From the human T2T-CHM13v2.0 reference genome, Homo sapiens, in the NCBI RefSeq assembly GCF_009914755.1, contig NC_060942.1: DNA of 64,000 nt. One strand, given 5' to 3'. The notes beneath the pieces are model-generated. The model made no database searches. It was not told the origin of the DNA and saw nothing but the letters and a program-made list of their open reading frames with translations. This document shows, in pieces, positions 36,509-49,889 of this stretch. The translations under genes and the position numbers were made by a program. Position 1 is the first letter of the stretch. Each line of letters opens with the position of its first letter.

Positions 36509-37008
36509 TTTTGAGAGACAGTTTTCCACGAGTGTCTCATGCTTCTTTACTTCTTGTGAGCAGAGGCACTGACTAACTTTGTTTTGGATTTTCCTTTGAA
36601 GTGTGCTTATGTACAGAATTGCCTAGAAAGATAAAGATTTTTGCCTCCTTCTAGAGCCAAGAGCAAGTTTGCTTGCAGTCTTGGAAGATGCAAATAGTGT
36701 CTCCTTCTGAAACAAATGGAAGGTATGTATATTGCCTATTAAAAACATTTGGATTTTTATGCGTAGGGTTCTTCTCCTGTAATGTAACTCACTTAGTCCT
36801 CTTTGTATTATCTGGTTCTATGTCATGTTGTGGAAATTAAGGCTCATGGAACTGATGCAATCAGGCTACTGCTACTCCCTTAAGTAATAAAGTCCTCTGT
36901 GTCTGACCCAGAAGTCTCCTATCTTCTCCTAGCATCCCTGAAACTGTGCCAGGCTAAATGTTACCTTGACAATAGGGTAAAATCTCAAAGTCTTGAGAGC
37001 TCTTTACA
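36509..37008 (+). mobile_element. LTR40a-like ERVL solo LTR
   Basis: CTTGTGAGCAGAGGCACTGACT...AGTAATAAAGTCCTCTGTGTCTGACCCAGAAGTCTC...TAGGGTAAAATCTCA. About 500 bp. Confidence 0.85.
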
Positions 37009-37171
37009 CATACACACACACACACACAGAGTGAGGAAGGTGGTAACAGTTTATATGGAACAATCTTCTACAGAAATAATATTTTTTACCTTACCTTTAA
37101 GAATACATATTCATTAAAGCACTATACAGATGTTAAATTTCTAGAATTCCACACTCAATAAAAATTTCATG

Positions 37172-37280
37172 GTGTGTGTGTGTGTGTATGTGTGTGTGAG
37201 AGAGAGAGGAGAGAAAGAGACAGACATTTCTGAGGGGCAGGGAGGGAGAAAGATAAAGTGAAAGAGATAGAGAGAGAGAG
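37172..37280. repeat. (TG)n followed by GA-rich repeat
   Basis: Directly visible. Confidence 0.9.
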
Positions 37281-37839
37281 ATTCTGAAACACATAAAAAA
37301 TTAAAAAGTATTTGTTACAGTATTTTTAAGTGTAGGTGTACCACATGCCCACACGTAAATTACCATGTGTACCTGAAGAAGGCCAAATTCTGTAATTGAC
37401 TAGAACTACAAACATGGCCCTTGCTGGCAAGGTGCATCAGTACAGAAAAGACAACATTTGATGGAAAGAAAAAAGTGTGTTTGAGTATGTGTATTGTTTT
37501 TTCTCATTTAAAATTAGATACCCTGTATTGGAAAGTCCCTGAAAGGATTTGAGATTTATTCTCAAAATTGTCCTTAGACCCCTGCAGAGAAGTAATCATA
37601 AGTCAAGGAATGTAATTTTAGAAGTTGAGCAAAACAACATGTAGCCAAGAAGCATTATTCCATTTGATGTGGAGGATTAGCTCATCAGGGTCTAGCTCAG
37701 TCACGCTTTCCTCACACCATTCCATTCATTTTCCTCCTCAACTCTGCACATTGCTCACTGAGTGATTGCCACTCTGACCCATTCCTCTTTCACCCTAAGG
37801 CTGATAGACTTTGCTTCCCGAAGCTAATTCTCTGAGTCC

Positions 37840-37858
37840 TGATTTATGACTCTGACAG
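37840..37858 (+). promoter_or_regulatory. PBX-HOX plus MEIS composite motif
   Basis: TGATTTATGA (37840-37849) followed by TGACAG (37853-37858). Confidence 0.35.
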
Positions 37859-40019
37859 CACTTCACCGAGTGAGAGTTTGTGGCAATTTATGTCATTACA
37901 CAAATTATACAAATTGCCATTAGCTGATGTAATGTACTATAAAGAACTGGAAGCATGAAGAAAAAAATTATTTGAATTTTCTTTTTACATGTTTGCAATA
38001 CTTTATCACTTACTTTTTCATCTAATTAATAGAAATATATGCCGTTAGCAGAAATTGCATTTTGTTTACCATATCCCTTTTCTTTCTCTTTATTTTTAAA
38101 CATTTACTTTCTGTTAAAGTACCTCCTTTTTCTTAAGGATAAAAAAACTGATAAGAAATATCTGAAATATCAAGTCTGCTACTAAAGAGTTAGAGAAGAA
38201 AGGATTAAAGGTTGAATGCCATATGAAAAAGGAAAATTTCATTAGAGTGACTGAGTATTGAGTGAAAAAGGATCAAAGTATTAAAGAAATAAGTTGGTGT
38301 GGGATCTTATCTGATGATGTGTGTAAAACTGAAGTTCAAAGTCATATTTTTTCTCATTTCCACTTCCCCTTCTTCTTCCTTGTACTAGCTGTGACTGTTG
38401 ACTTCCAGAACAGACATGTGAATTTGGATTCTGGTCTACCTGTTTCTTGTTTACTGATGACAGCAATCATTTGGAGAGATGACTCAATTAAAATGTCTCA
38501 GAATCATCCAGGGTTTCCTTATGTAAATGTAGCTGTTCTTTTTTTTTTTTTTTTTTTTTTTTGTTAGGAAGCTTAATGTTGAAATGAAGGTGAAACGAGA
38601 TAAACCAATCAAAAAATCCTCACTGAGTATATACTTCACATTACAGCTCTAGAAATCTAGTACATTTAAGAGAAGGAGTTGTAAAAGGAAGAAAGACAAA
38701 AAGGACTTTTGGAGAAAATACAGAATACAATAAAGAAGAGAGACAGAAATATCTTAACACACAATCGATTGTTCTGCCTATAATCTCTTTCTTATCCAAT
38801 TCAACTTGTCATCTAACACTTCATTCAACTTCAAGACATGCTTACCTAGTCATGCTCCTCCCACTTCCCTTCAAAGTTTTATTTCCTCTGTCTAAAATCC
38901 ACAAATTTTCAAAATCTGGCTTTATGATATTTATGAAAACTTCTCTTCTACAGTTTTCCTAAAATTAACCTCTACCCCAGATGACTTGTTAACTAAGTCT
39001 ATAGTCAAGGTGAGCTGTCAACTGACACAAAAATTGCCTTTCTATCTGCTTCCTAATGCTTCATGCTCATATCACTCAAAACACATATATCCTTAGGAAA
39101 AACAACTCAATTACCTTAATATGAATGTATCAATACCCCATGAGAGATCCTTCACTAAAGGCAAGCTTAGTTTTAGAGAAAATAAAGAACATTAGTGTAC
39201 CTAAGAGAGACAGGGAAGAAGGATAAAAAGAGCAGAGTTTTTGGGGAAGAATGACCAACTTTTCAATGCTTATGTGGATTAAAACACAGCATCCAGATTT
39301 TTATCTTGAATCTTCACTTCCTGTTACAAATGTTAACACAGCTACAGGACCTAATTGTACTGATATCATATAGGGATAAAACACATACATTTAAATTGGA
39401 CTCCCACGTGTGACTATCTTCAGAGATCCAGATTTGGTTCATGATCTGTCAGATGTTAGTTTTGGTGAGAGTACAGAATTCTTACTTAGGTTCAAATAGT
39501 ATCCTCAGCAATCAACAACACTGACATGATACGGAGGCTGAATATACAAAGGCTTAGAAAATTGAATAGGTCAGAGGGAAGCCTGAGCAGGGTAGGTGAA
39601 GTTTCCACACAAGCTTTAGATTTTATGAGTGTTATATGTAGCTAGCAAAAATCCCTAATATCCCTAAAGTGGTTTTCTGGACTGGATTGGCTCTGTACCT
39701 ATGATTCTAAGGAATAGCATAGTGATGAATAGAATCTTGGGCATCTTTGAATGTGCTTTAGATAATAGAATTTGGATACTTTCATGACACTCAATCTTGC
39801 TCTTCCTGGCAGTAAATCCCATCCCTATTCACCACTCCCCCAGACTTAAGAAGTGTGGGAATGAATTCTAAGGCAATAGGAGTTTCCTAGACTTGGCAAT
39901 GGACACACACGTGACCATAGGCAGAGAATAAAGATGGACAAAAGTTTGTCAAGAGAGAAATATTATATGAACCATAGAATTTTGCTTTTGCTTCTGCTTT
40001 TTTGTTTTTTTCTCCAGGG

Positions 40020-40226
40020 TAGGGTTTTTCATCTTAACACTGTTGATGTATGGGGTCTTACTATTTCTTGTGGGGCCCCTTTATATGTATTGCAGGGCAG
40101 TTATGAACATCCCTGGCTTCTAGTCACTAGCTGCCAGTAGAAATCTCCCTACAAGTTGTGAAACAATAATGTCTCCAGACATTGTCAAATGTCCCTCTGA
40201 CAGGCAAAAATTATTCCCATTGTCTG
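40020..40226 (-). mobile_element. MER20 (hAT-Charlie MITE)
   Basis: CATCCCTGGCTTCTAGTCACTAGCTGCCAGTAG...AATGTCTCCAGACATTGTCAAATGTCCC. Confidence 0.9.
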
Positions 40227-41267
40227 AAGGTAACCCAACTGATACTACACAATTACTAACAGACCCATGAGATTTTGAAGAATTGACTATGTGTCTTTGC
40301 TAAAGTCATATTTCATTTCTAGGCCACCCAGTGCCCCAAAATACTTTCCATCTGTAAGATCTGACAAGTTTAAGGGCTCTCTTTCATGGAAGCACTCTTC
40401 ATGTTTTCTGGGTGCAATCAGAAGACTTAGTGGGGATTTTGTTATGTGCTGACTTGCGGAGATGAAATAATTCTAATGTAAAACTAAGTCTTTTCTCGTG
40501 TAACTTGGAGTTATTCTAGAAGGAAGTAAATAGTAAGTGACCATTATATTTATGACTATATGGGCAGATTATGGATTATAACAATAATGCAACTTCAATG
40601 TGGAACCATACAATTCATTTAGAATATTAAGAATTATACAAAGATGAGGGCATAAACTCAGAGGAGTCACCAAATATGTCTGTGGGCAAGGTAAGAAGAG
40701 TGTTGCCAAATTCCACCCCACCCTCTGGCATACTACAGGCCATTGATAAAGTAAGAGGGTATGTTATTTTGTTTTGTGTCTTTTTAAAGTACATTTCGGT
40801 TGCTATTTATACTATGTTTTAAGGTTCTTCTATTCTTTAAAACATCAGTTGACTCTCTCTTTTTGGATTAAAGAGGTATAGGCTAGACTGCTTATTTAAT
40901 TGAGAGCATAGGGTGCTCCTCAGGCCCCTGCCATATCTACAAGGCCCAAACTAGTCACTGTGAAGGACACAAAATAAGAAGGAAAATAGAACATAAGCTC
41001 TGTCATTAAGAAGCTTAAAATCCAGTTAAAGTGACAGGATTAACCCCAGGGGTTCAATAACAAGTGATTATAAGATACTACATATTTAAGTACTAAATTG
41101 TACTTAAGCACCATGTAAGAGCTTCGGAAAGAAGATGGTGTTACCCCAGATGAGAGTCAGAGCTTATTCAACTAAGCATTCTGTGTTTGAAAATAGCCCT
41201 AAAACATATGCTTGGATAATACCTGAATGTTGGATTTGGCATTATATTTGATTATAAATAGAAGTGG

Positions 41268-41322
41268 ATATATGTATACGTATATGTGTGTGTGTGTGTG
41301 TATATATGTATATATATATATA
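41268..41322. repeat. (TA)/(TG) compound microsatellite
   Basis: Directly visible. Confidence 0.9.
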
Positions 41323-42237
41323 TGAGAAGCTGCCTGATATAGCTATGAAAGACAGGAAATATTGTGACTTTCTTAGATTTCGTTGTCAACAATTAATTCA
41401 TTTTAACTTTTCTGTTAATATTTTTTGCCAATTTCATTTCACATGTTATGAGGTATATATGTTTATTATGTATCATTTTGAGTAAGAATGCCTCCTATTT
41501 TACCTATATATGTTCTACTGGACTACAAATGGGAGTCTCTCTTTTATCAGGGTGTGGGGATAGGGGGTTGAAGCCAGGAAGAGAAATAACTCACCAATGT
41601 AGGAATCACTAGGGAAAAATAGACTTCCATGAAGTTTCAAAGAAACATAAATGATGTTACTGGAAAATGCCTATTCTTAACTTGTTTCTTCCTTAGTAGC
41701 ACATAAGATTAGCTTTTGCTATCCCTAAAAATATAGAAGTTGGCTTCTAACTCCTCTTGATAACTAGGACACCCATTTCGTAGATCTTCTACTGTTTCTA
41801 CTTTTCATCCTTTTTCCAAAGAGGTTTTGATTAACAGCAGCCACACAATGCCAAACTTTGATGTTAGACACTGTGCCCCTTCTGGTTTAAAGCAACCATC
41901 AATTTGGAAGTTGCTTTTGAAGCTCCTTATAGTTGTCTTTGAACCTTTGTGTCTATGGACTATCCCAACTGAAGGGGTGACAGCTGCTAATATGTCTTAT
42001 TAGGTAGCTTTGAAGATAAATTATTTTCTCTCATACAACACCAAAACTATATTACCTTGTATTGTTTAAATTGTTTTAATGTTCATGTTATAATCAAATG
42101 GACTAAGTCTGAAAGGCAATTTTCCTTGGGCCAAAGGGACATATTTGAGTTAAACAGACTCAAAACACATACTCTTCCACTGAATATAATGTGGTGACAT
42201 TACTTCTATAGATCCTACTTCTATGCTTGCTTTGTTT

Positions 42238-42362
42238 AATTGCTCTGATACTAATGACACCTTGGACAAATAACATCATTTTCTGAGTCTTGACCTCCTC
42301 ACTTTAAAATAGGAGGTTAAACTAAAAAGTCACTACAACGCCCTCCTACTCTTAGAATTTGT
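42238..42362 (+). mobile_element. MIR3-like fragment
   Basis: ACCTTGGACAAATAACAT...CTGAGTCTTGACCTCCTCACTTTAAAATAGGAGGTT. Confidence 0.55.
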
Positions 42363-44329
42363 AAGTATAATTTAATCCTTATTTTCATCAATCTTGCATA
42401 AAAATCTTACCATTTTAGATGAAGTGTTTGAAATGCTAATTAGGTATTTGGAACATCTATTATTTGAAACAATTGCAATTATTATTTCTATGAATATCTT
42501 ATTTTTTTCAGTTAAATTTTAAGTATTTTAGGGATAGGTTTAATATCACACATCTTTTATATTTTTTCCAGTGCCATGATTTATGAATACATCCATATTA
42601 TTCAACTTAATAAAATACCTAATTGTATAATATAGCATCTCTAAGATACAGGGAATAGAAAAAAGGAATCAACATTTATTTACCCTTGACTATGGTGGAC
42701 ATACCTGGAAATAGATAATATATTAACATTTTACAGAAAAGAAAGCTTAAGAAAGCAGAAGGAGTACTAGATTCAGAATTTACCACCTCCCAGGCCCCCA
42801 AATGTCTGAATCCAACAGACACACATATTTTCTATTAAAGACATTCAAAAATGACATTTCTTGACATTATTGTGCCTAAATTTCTTTGTTTTACCAGTGT
42901 AACTTCATTGCCATGGTTAACTATAAAACTAATATGCCACTGTCCTTCTCCTTTTCAACATACACATACACATATATACACACAAGTGGACATACAGCAC
43001 ATTCATGCACTCACTAGAAACCCTAAGGTAAGATTTATACCACAGAAAAAGCAAAAGAAAATGGGAAATGAAGGTCATTTAAATTGCTCTGCCTCTTAGT
43101 CTCTCTTCATTTGATTTATTTTTTACCATTTTTTTCTGATTCAGGAACCAACTGAATTATTACTCAATAAGAAAACATAACATGTAAAAAGGAGACTAAA
43201 CTATACAATGTTTATTGATGATAAATGAGTGACCCTTTAAATTCCAGAGTGTAGAAGACACTTTAGAACTCTTTAGCTGAGGAGCAATGGAGAAGGAGTA
43301 AAGTTAATTTACACATCTTTCAAACTGAAAAATGAACTAAGACCAAGACTTGAGTGTAACCATTGGAAATAGAATTGTGAACTAGGAGTTTGCAGCTTGT
43401 TATGATCCAAGTAGATACTCTGATATTGACAAGTAAAATAACAAGGGCAAACATCATGGGATGGGGGAAAATTAAGAATTTTAAGAAGAATTTGCACCCC
43501 CCACACCCATTCTCTACTAGCTTTCTCCTTCCACTGATAAAATCCCTTAGGTCTTGACACCATAAACTATTTTTACTATGGCCCTCAAATTGTAGTCATG
43601 TTTTATTGATGTGCTTCATTTCTGCCCCACTTCCACGAGCAACTACATATGGCCAGGGTTTTTCATAACCCATTGTGAAAATAACACTTTGATTCAATTT
43701 TTTAGATTCCCTAGCCTACAGTTTACTTAGAGCAATCACAGACTTATATGATATTTCAACACAATTTTTGCTTTGCAAATAAACAAGGGGTTAGGCAGGA
43801 ATACAGTAGGATTGCGATGTTTCAAAAGATTGGGAAAAAGCTTGTGCTTTGCTCCAAGTTTGCAAGATGAGATTTGTCTTATGAATAGTATTAAAATTTT
43901 GACTCAAACTCTATTCTTGCCCCTTTATCTACTTTTGATGATGTTGAAATTTAAGTACTGACCATGTATTTAAGAAATTTCTCCTAAAAAAAATATCGGT
44001 CTTAGTGTCTGAATCTAGTCTCATTTCATGCACTAATAAGCCATATAATCTTGAGTAATTTGTCTTCTAGGTTTCAGTTATTTCAGCCATAAAATAAGTG
44101 CATTAAAATGTATGTTCCTCTCCTTTAATTTCTAAAATCTAAGGATAAACATTCATTCACTCATGTATTCATTCTTAGTTATTAGTAATTGCTGAGGTTT
44201 TGTGTTTGCATGTTTTGATTTATTTTGCTTTTGCTTTACACATAAAATAAATATTTTCTTTGGCCTTTCAAGGCAACTTCAAAGAAGGAGGTGCCCCCTT
44301 TAAAAAGTCCAATCCTCGTTAAGTCTAAC

Positions 44330-46366
44330 TGCTTACTCTGTGTGTATGCCTGAGAATTTGAACATGATTAAAGAAGATCACATAACTCTACTGATTGATA
44401 TACTTTAAACTTATGAACATATGAAGATAATCTTACTACATCTTTTCAGTTAATTCTTTTTTGCTGTGGAAAACTATTTTGTACATTCTGCTTTCTTCTC
44501 AAACATACAGATTTTACTCTTTAATCTATCACTCACGGCTCATGACATCTTGTTTTTCATTAAGAAAATAGACAAAGAAAAAAATGGCCTCATCTATCCA
44601 TCAAGTGGCCAATCATCTTACATGCATCTCCGCCCAGATGGTTTTCCATTCTCCTTTGTTATAATGAAGCAAATGTTCCTGCCTCTATCTAAAGCCAACC
44701 CTCCCAGATGGGCCATGAAGCTTTATTGCTGTCCTACTACTAGAGGCCAAACATAGACTAAAAATTATTTCCTTGCTCGTCTTTCCCAAATTACCTGTTA
44801 CTATATTAATAGAAGATCTTTTCATGAATTATGAAGCCATAGTTTACTATGATCTGTGTTGTAAAATCCTCCTTTGATGTAATTCTCTTCTTCTCTACTC
44901 CATATCTCTGTTTCCCTTAAAAGGAAAAATATTAAAGTGTTTTCACTACTCATGGTTTCCATTTTGTCACCTCCCATTTTTTCCTCAACTTGCTGTCATT
45001 TGACTAACTCTCCACCACTCTACAAATAGCCCTTTGCAAAATCACAAATGACTCCCTCCTTGAGACATGTTCATGTGATAATCTGTCCACATCAAAATAA
45101 ACTTGTGTTTGCATTTGACATAGATGAGCATTCTGTCCTTCTTAAAAATATTTTTTCATAAGCTTATTAGATGCTGTATGATTTTTTTCTCCTATGTCAG
45201 AAGTTATATTTTACCTGTCCAAATTTCTGCCTTCTTTTCTTTGCTCAACACCTAAATCTTAGAACATCCTGGCTTAGGTTTTGTCTTTCTACTCATCCAT
45301 AGTTTATCCCTTAGTAAAGTAATCTAACCTCATAAATGTAAATATTATTTCCATAATCTTGAATCCTCAAGAATATATTTCCAGCTCAACTGTTTCTTTG
45401 AGCTTCAAACTTGTAAACTACATGATATCTCATTTTGGATATATAAGAACATATCAACATCAATATATCTCATTCCCAATTCTTAAATTTTACTCCTAAA
45501 CTATTTTTTTAACCTGTCAGTGTTTCTTAACTCAGGATGTGGCCCTGCCATCCAGCCTGCTGCTAAGAATCATTATTGGAGTATTTGTCTCAACTATCCA
45601 TCAACGTCTTATCAATCCTCCCAGAATACATTTAGAATCTGTTCACTACTTACCGTCTAAATTATTATAACTCTAATCCAAGCTGCTGCTACCTGCTATC
45701 TGGACTACTAAAAGGGCTTCCCATCCAGTTACTCTTGCTTTTTTCATACTCCATTCTCCACTGATTTTACGCAAGCCAGAATAATTGTTTCAAATTATGT
45801 AACTGAGTATATCAGCTCCTCCCCTATCCACCCAGCCCCACCAACATAAACACACGCTTAAAACCCTCCATTAACTTACTATTTCAATTAGAATAAAATA
45901 AACGTATTTCTTTTATAGACTATACAGCACATAATGTCCCACATGATCTAGAAAACGCCCTCCTATGTCACTTGATCATCTATTTCCTTCTTTTCTATTC
46001 TCCATCAGGCTTTCTTTTTGTTCCTAAAACAAATATGTCAGGATCTTCTCATTTACTGTCTCCTTCCCGACCTAAAATTGTTCTTCCACTGGCTGTCTGC
46101 ATGTTTGCCTCATTCTCCTAACTCTAATTTGAATCACCCTTGGATTAGGCATTACCTTTGGTAAAGACCCTTTTAGCTGATCTCAGGCAGCCAACACCAT
46201 CCTAGTTGCTGTAAACGCTCCTTTTTTCTTATCACTATTTGAATTTATCTCCTGTCTTCTCTAACAAGAGTACAAGCCCCTTGTTGGCATGAAATTTGTC
46301 TTTTCTACTACTCTACCTCTAGGGTAAGAAAAGACCCTAATGTATATGGACTGAGAAAATGAATGG
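44330..46366 (+). mobile_element. Long L2 (L2a-like) copy through its 3' end
   Basis: Pyrimidine-rich L2 motifs (TTCCTGCCTCTATCTAAAGCCAACCCT, CAAAATCACAAATGAC, GCATTTGACATAG, CTAATCCAAGC), ending AAAATGAATGG. Confidence 0.75.
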
Positions 46367-47548
46367 AAAATGTACACAATTACGAAAACAGGGGATGCTC
46401 ACAAAGAAGGTCACATCTAGTTTGGGGAAGGAGAAAATGTGGCAGAATGTTACTCTTAAACAGACATGACTAAGCAGGGAGACGTGAAAGTCTAGAATTC
46501 TCTGTGGAAAAGTAAGCATTACTATGTGGTCTAAAGAGGGAATGCAGAAAATAGAGTGGAATAGATTGGCCTGGGAAAATGTGAACCCAGTTTGTAAAGT
46601 TACTGTGTATGACATACTGAGGTATTTTCATTTTTCCTCAAACACTGAGAAGCAAGCACAACTTTTACATGGAGTGACAATGTGACAAAACATAATCATA
46701 ATAAGGATAGCTAGAAGAGTAGTCAGAGCAAATACTACACTTTGAAGATCCTGGAGACCAGTTAGAAGGCTTTGCCTGTGGTCCAGAATGGAGTGAAAGA
46801 GGTCTGGAGGAGGCAGGGATTAAGATGATGGGGGATCTGCCTTTAACTCAGGGTCTTTGTTTGAGGTGCAAAATATTCCTATTTGAGTTTAATGTTTCAT
46901 TACCCCCAGATAATAATGATTCTTGATTTATAATTCTGTGAATGGAATAGATGTTAGGTAGGTTCACAAAGTTGAAGACATTTACAAATCTCAAGTTGAA
47001 ACTACAAGTTAGGGCCACTATTGACTTGACTAAACTTTAGTTTGAAATATCCCTCTAAAAACTGAAAGTAATTCAGCACAATATTCCAATTATTTAAAAA
47101 TTAGAAAAAAATAGAAAAAGTGCAAATATAGGTGCATACAATGTATTCTACATACACCTTTGTTTATATGTGTGCATATATGATACCTAAGAATGCATAT
47201 CACCTATATGTATCTATTTATTGATATAAATGTATTAATCCATGCATATATAATATTTATTCATAGATACAGATGATTTATATGACAGAAAAACACATCT
47301 AGGCACACCAAAAGAAAGACATATTGAAGAAAACATTTTTTTCCATCCAAAATTTTTAAAAATATGATCTTCAATGAGAAGAAAAATCTGCTTTTTTCAA
47401 GTAGGTGGGCAAGAAGACACAGTTTAACTCTTAAATTAACTAGTCTGATGGAAGAATTAGGGTATGACATTTGGAAAATGTGGGGGACAGAAGTCTGGTG
47501 CTGTTAAGTATTGTACAATGACAAACACTAAAAGCTTGCCTTAGATTA

Positions 47549-48271
47549 TAGCAGTTGCCCTTTATCTGAAGTTTTGCTTTCCATGGCTTCAATTACCCAT
47601 GGTAAACTGCAGTCCAAAAATATTAAATGGACAATTCCAGAAATAAACTATTTGTAAGCTTTTAATTGTTTGCTGCTCTGAGTAGCATGATGAAATCTGT
47701 ACAGTCCTGCCTTTCCCACATGGGACATGAATCATCCCTTTGCCCAGTGTATCTGTGCAGTCTGTGCTACATGCCTATTAGTTACTTAGGAGCCTCCTCT
47801 GTGATCAGATACACTGTTGTGGTATCACAGTGCTTGTGTTCAAGTAACCCTTATTTTATTTAATAAAGGCCCCAAAGCACAAGACTAGGAATGGTAGCAA
47901 TTCAGATAAACCGAAGAGAGGCTGTAAAGTGCTTCCTTTAAATGAAAAGATGAAAATCTCGAATTAATAAAGAAAAAAAAGAAAGCAGTATACTGAGGTT
48001 GCTAAGATCTACAATAACAACAAATCTTATACTTGTGAAATTGTGAGAAGGAAAAATAAATTAGTACCAGTTACACCTCAAACTACAAAAATTTCAGCCA
48101 CAGCGCATGACAAATGCTTAGTGAAGATGGAAGAGGGATTAAATTTGTGGGTGGAAGATATGAATAAAAATGTGTCCCAACTGAAGGCAGTCAGGTTCAG
48201 TACTATCCGTGGTTCCAGGCATTCAATGGGGGTCTTGGAACATATACTCTGTGGTTAAGAGGGGGCAACTG
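47549..48271 (+). mobile_element. MER44C-like (Tigger7 derivative) DNA transposon
   Basis: TA-flanked, with TIRs TAGCAGTTGCCCTTTATC / TAAGAGGGGGCAACTG. About 720 bp. Retains the transposase N-terminal peptide ...DKCLVKMEEGLNLWVEDMNK. Confidence 0.9.
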
Positions 48272-48353
48272 TATTGAAAATTGTGAAATTCTGCCTAACA
48301 AGCATTGAACACAACAATTCAGCTACCAGTACCAAGTTAGCACTCCTACTGCA

Positions 48354-48852
48354 TGAAGGATAGCAAAGACCAATCAATCACTAGAAGGAAGACCCCAGAG
48401 ACCTCAGTCTGCTGCATATGCTGCAGGTTCACAGTCGCCAAGGAAGACAATCCACAAGGCATTGGTCTGAAAAATGCTTTACTCACACACAAAAAGATTT
48501 CAGCAAGATCAGAATCTGTAGTTGCACCAGTTTCCCATGGCTAACAGGTCCCTGCTGATAACCAGCACAAAGCGTTGGACTTCTTGCATGCTTCTTGTGC
48601 TGTAGGCAAACGACCCCATTTCTTCTTAAGGGGACAGATATACCAGTGAGGCTGGCCAGATGCCATGTGACTTACATGCTTAAGAACAACATGGAAGTTC
48701 AAGACCTTCCCAGGGCAGGAGAAAGTTTTCTCCTAATAAGGAAAAATAATCTGGAGCTATATGATAGCTGGGCACCAAGCTTCCATATAGAGGAATGTTC
48801 CAGACAATCCCCAAGAGGGCCAGCAGGTCTTGTCATGTTTGCTTCCTGAACA
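48354..48852 (-). mobile_element. Putative unclassified LTR-like element
   Basis: ~500 bp GC-richer block with TG...CA ends and AGTAAA on the minus strand. No convincing TSD. Confidence 0.3.
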
Positions 48853-49740
48853 ATGAGTAATTGGGCATAAAAAAAATCTCCAATTTTTAGCTTCTGTAGG
48901 TGTTGAAATTGCTGTAAAATGTGAACATAATTGTGTGTATTTGCTCACATAGCTAAATGCTTACTTAAGACATGCAAAAACTGTAGTACTAAGGAGATGC
49001 AGGGTTTACTGATGAGATTGCCTAACGACACATCAGATAGAATGATATGGTATTAACATGCTAAAGATTAGTAAAATGTATTAAAAGTAATAATAAATCT
49101 TCCTCCTAAACATGCTGTGAAGTGATGCCCATTCTAGGCACAAGAAGGGCCAGATTGGAAATAGCCTAAAGATTGGTGCATACAATGAAGCACACTTGCT
49201 CTATACATTCAGAATGTGACTCATTTTTCTGGTCGTTTTAAATTGTTGTTCAATCTCAAGATGGGAATAGACAGCTTTAAAGGGTTTCTAAAATAAGGAC
49301 ACATAAAATGTCTGCTTTTCAGCAGTGGAAAAATAATAATCCTCCCCCTCCCCACCAAGAAAAGCCTTTAGCAAAAGAGCAACTTAGCATATAGACAGTC
49401 TCCCAGTGACCTGCCACTTAGCTGAGAATAGGTTGGAAAAAAATATCAATGCCAGTGAAAACAGCTTCAGATCTAAAACTTCTACTCTATTAATGCTTTT
49501 CTTTGGCAAACATAGAAATGAAAGGCAGAGGGAGGAAAAGCTGAGAAGACAGTGAGGTATGAGAAACAAAGAGCAGTGTCTGTTTTTATCCAGGGCTTTG
49601 CCACAGCCTCCCTCATTTCCTGGCCATTCTTATCCAAGAAGCCAGGTGGAGTGGAGTGCAAGCAATACAAGATTATCTCAGACAATGAGTAGTAGTGCAT
49701 CAGAGATAATCTACGTGCAATGGATCAATAGCATGATCCT

Positions 49741-49889
49741 TAAGATAGAGAAGTGGCCAAATCAAATGGGCTTTCTGTTTGCTTTGTTATTTAGGCTTTG
49801 AAGCTCTATTTTAAAAATTTCACTTTGTCTTGCTTCTTAAAGGTGTTCATGCAGGTAAAAGACCATGCATTCTAGTCTGAGCTAAGTAC
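49741..49889 (+). repeat. Dispersed direct duplication, copy 1
   Basis: 49775-49889 aligns ungapped to 51128-51242 at 100/115 identities by hand count. Confidence 0.95.
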
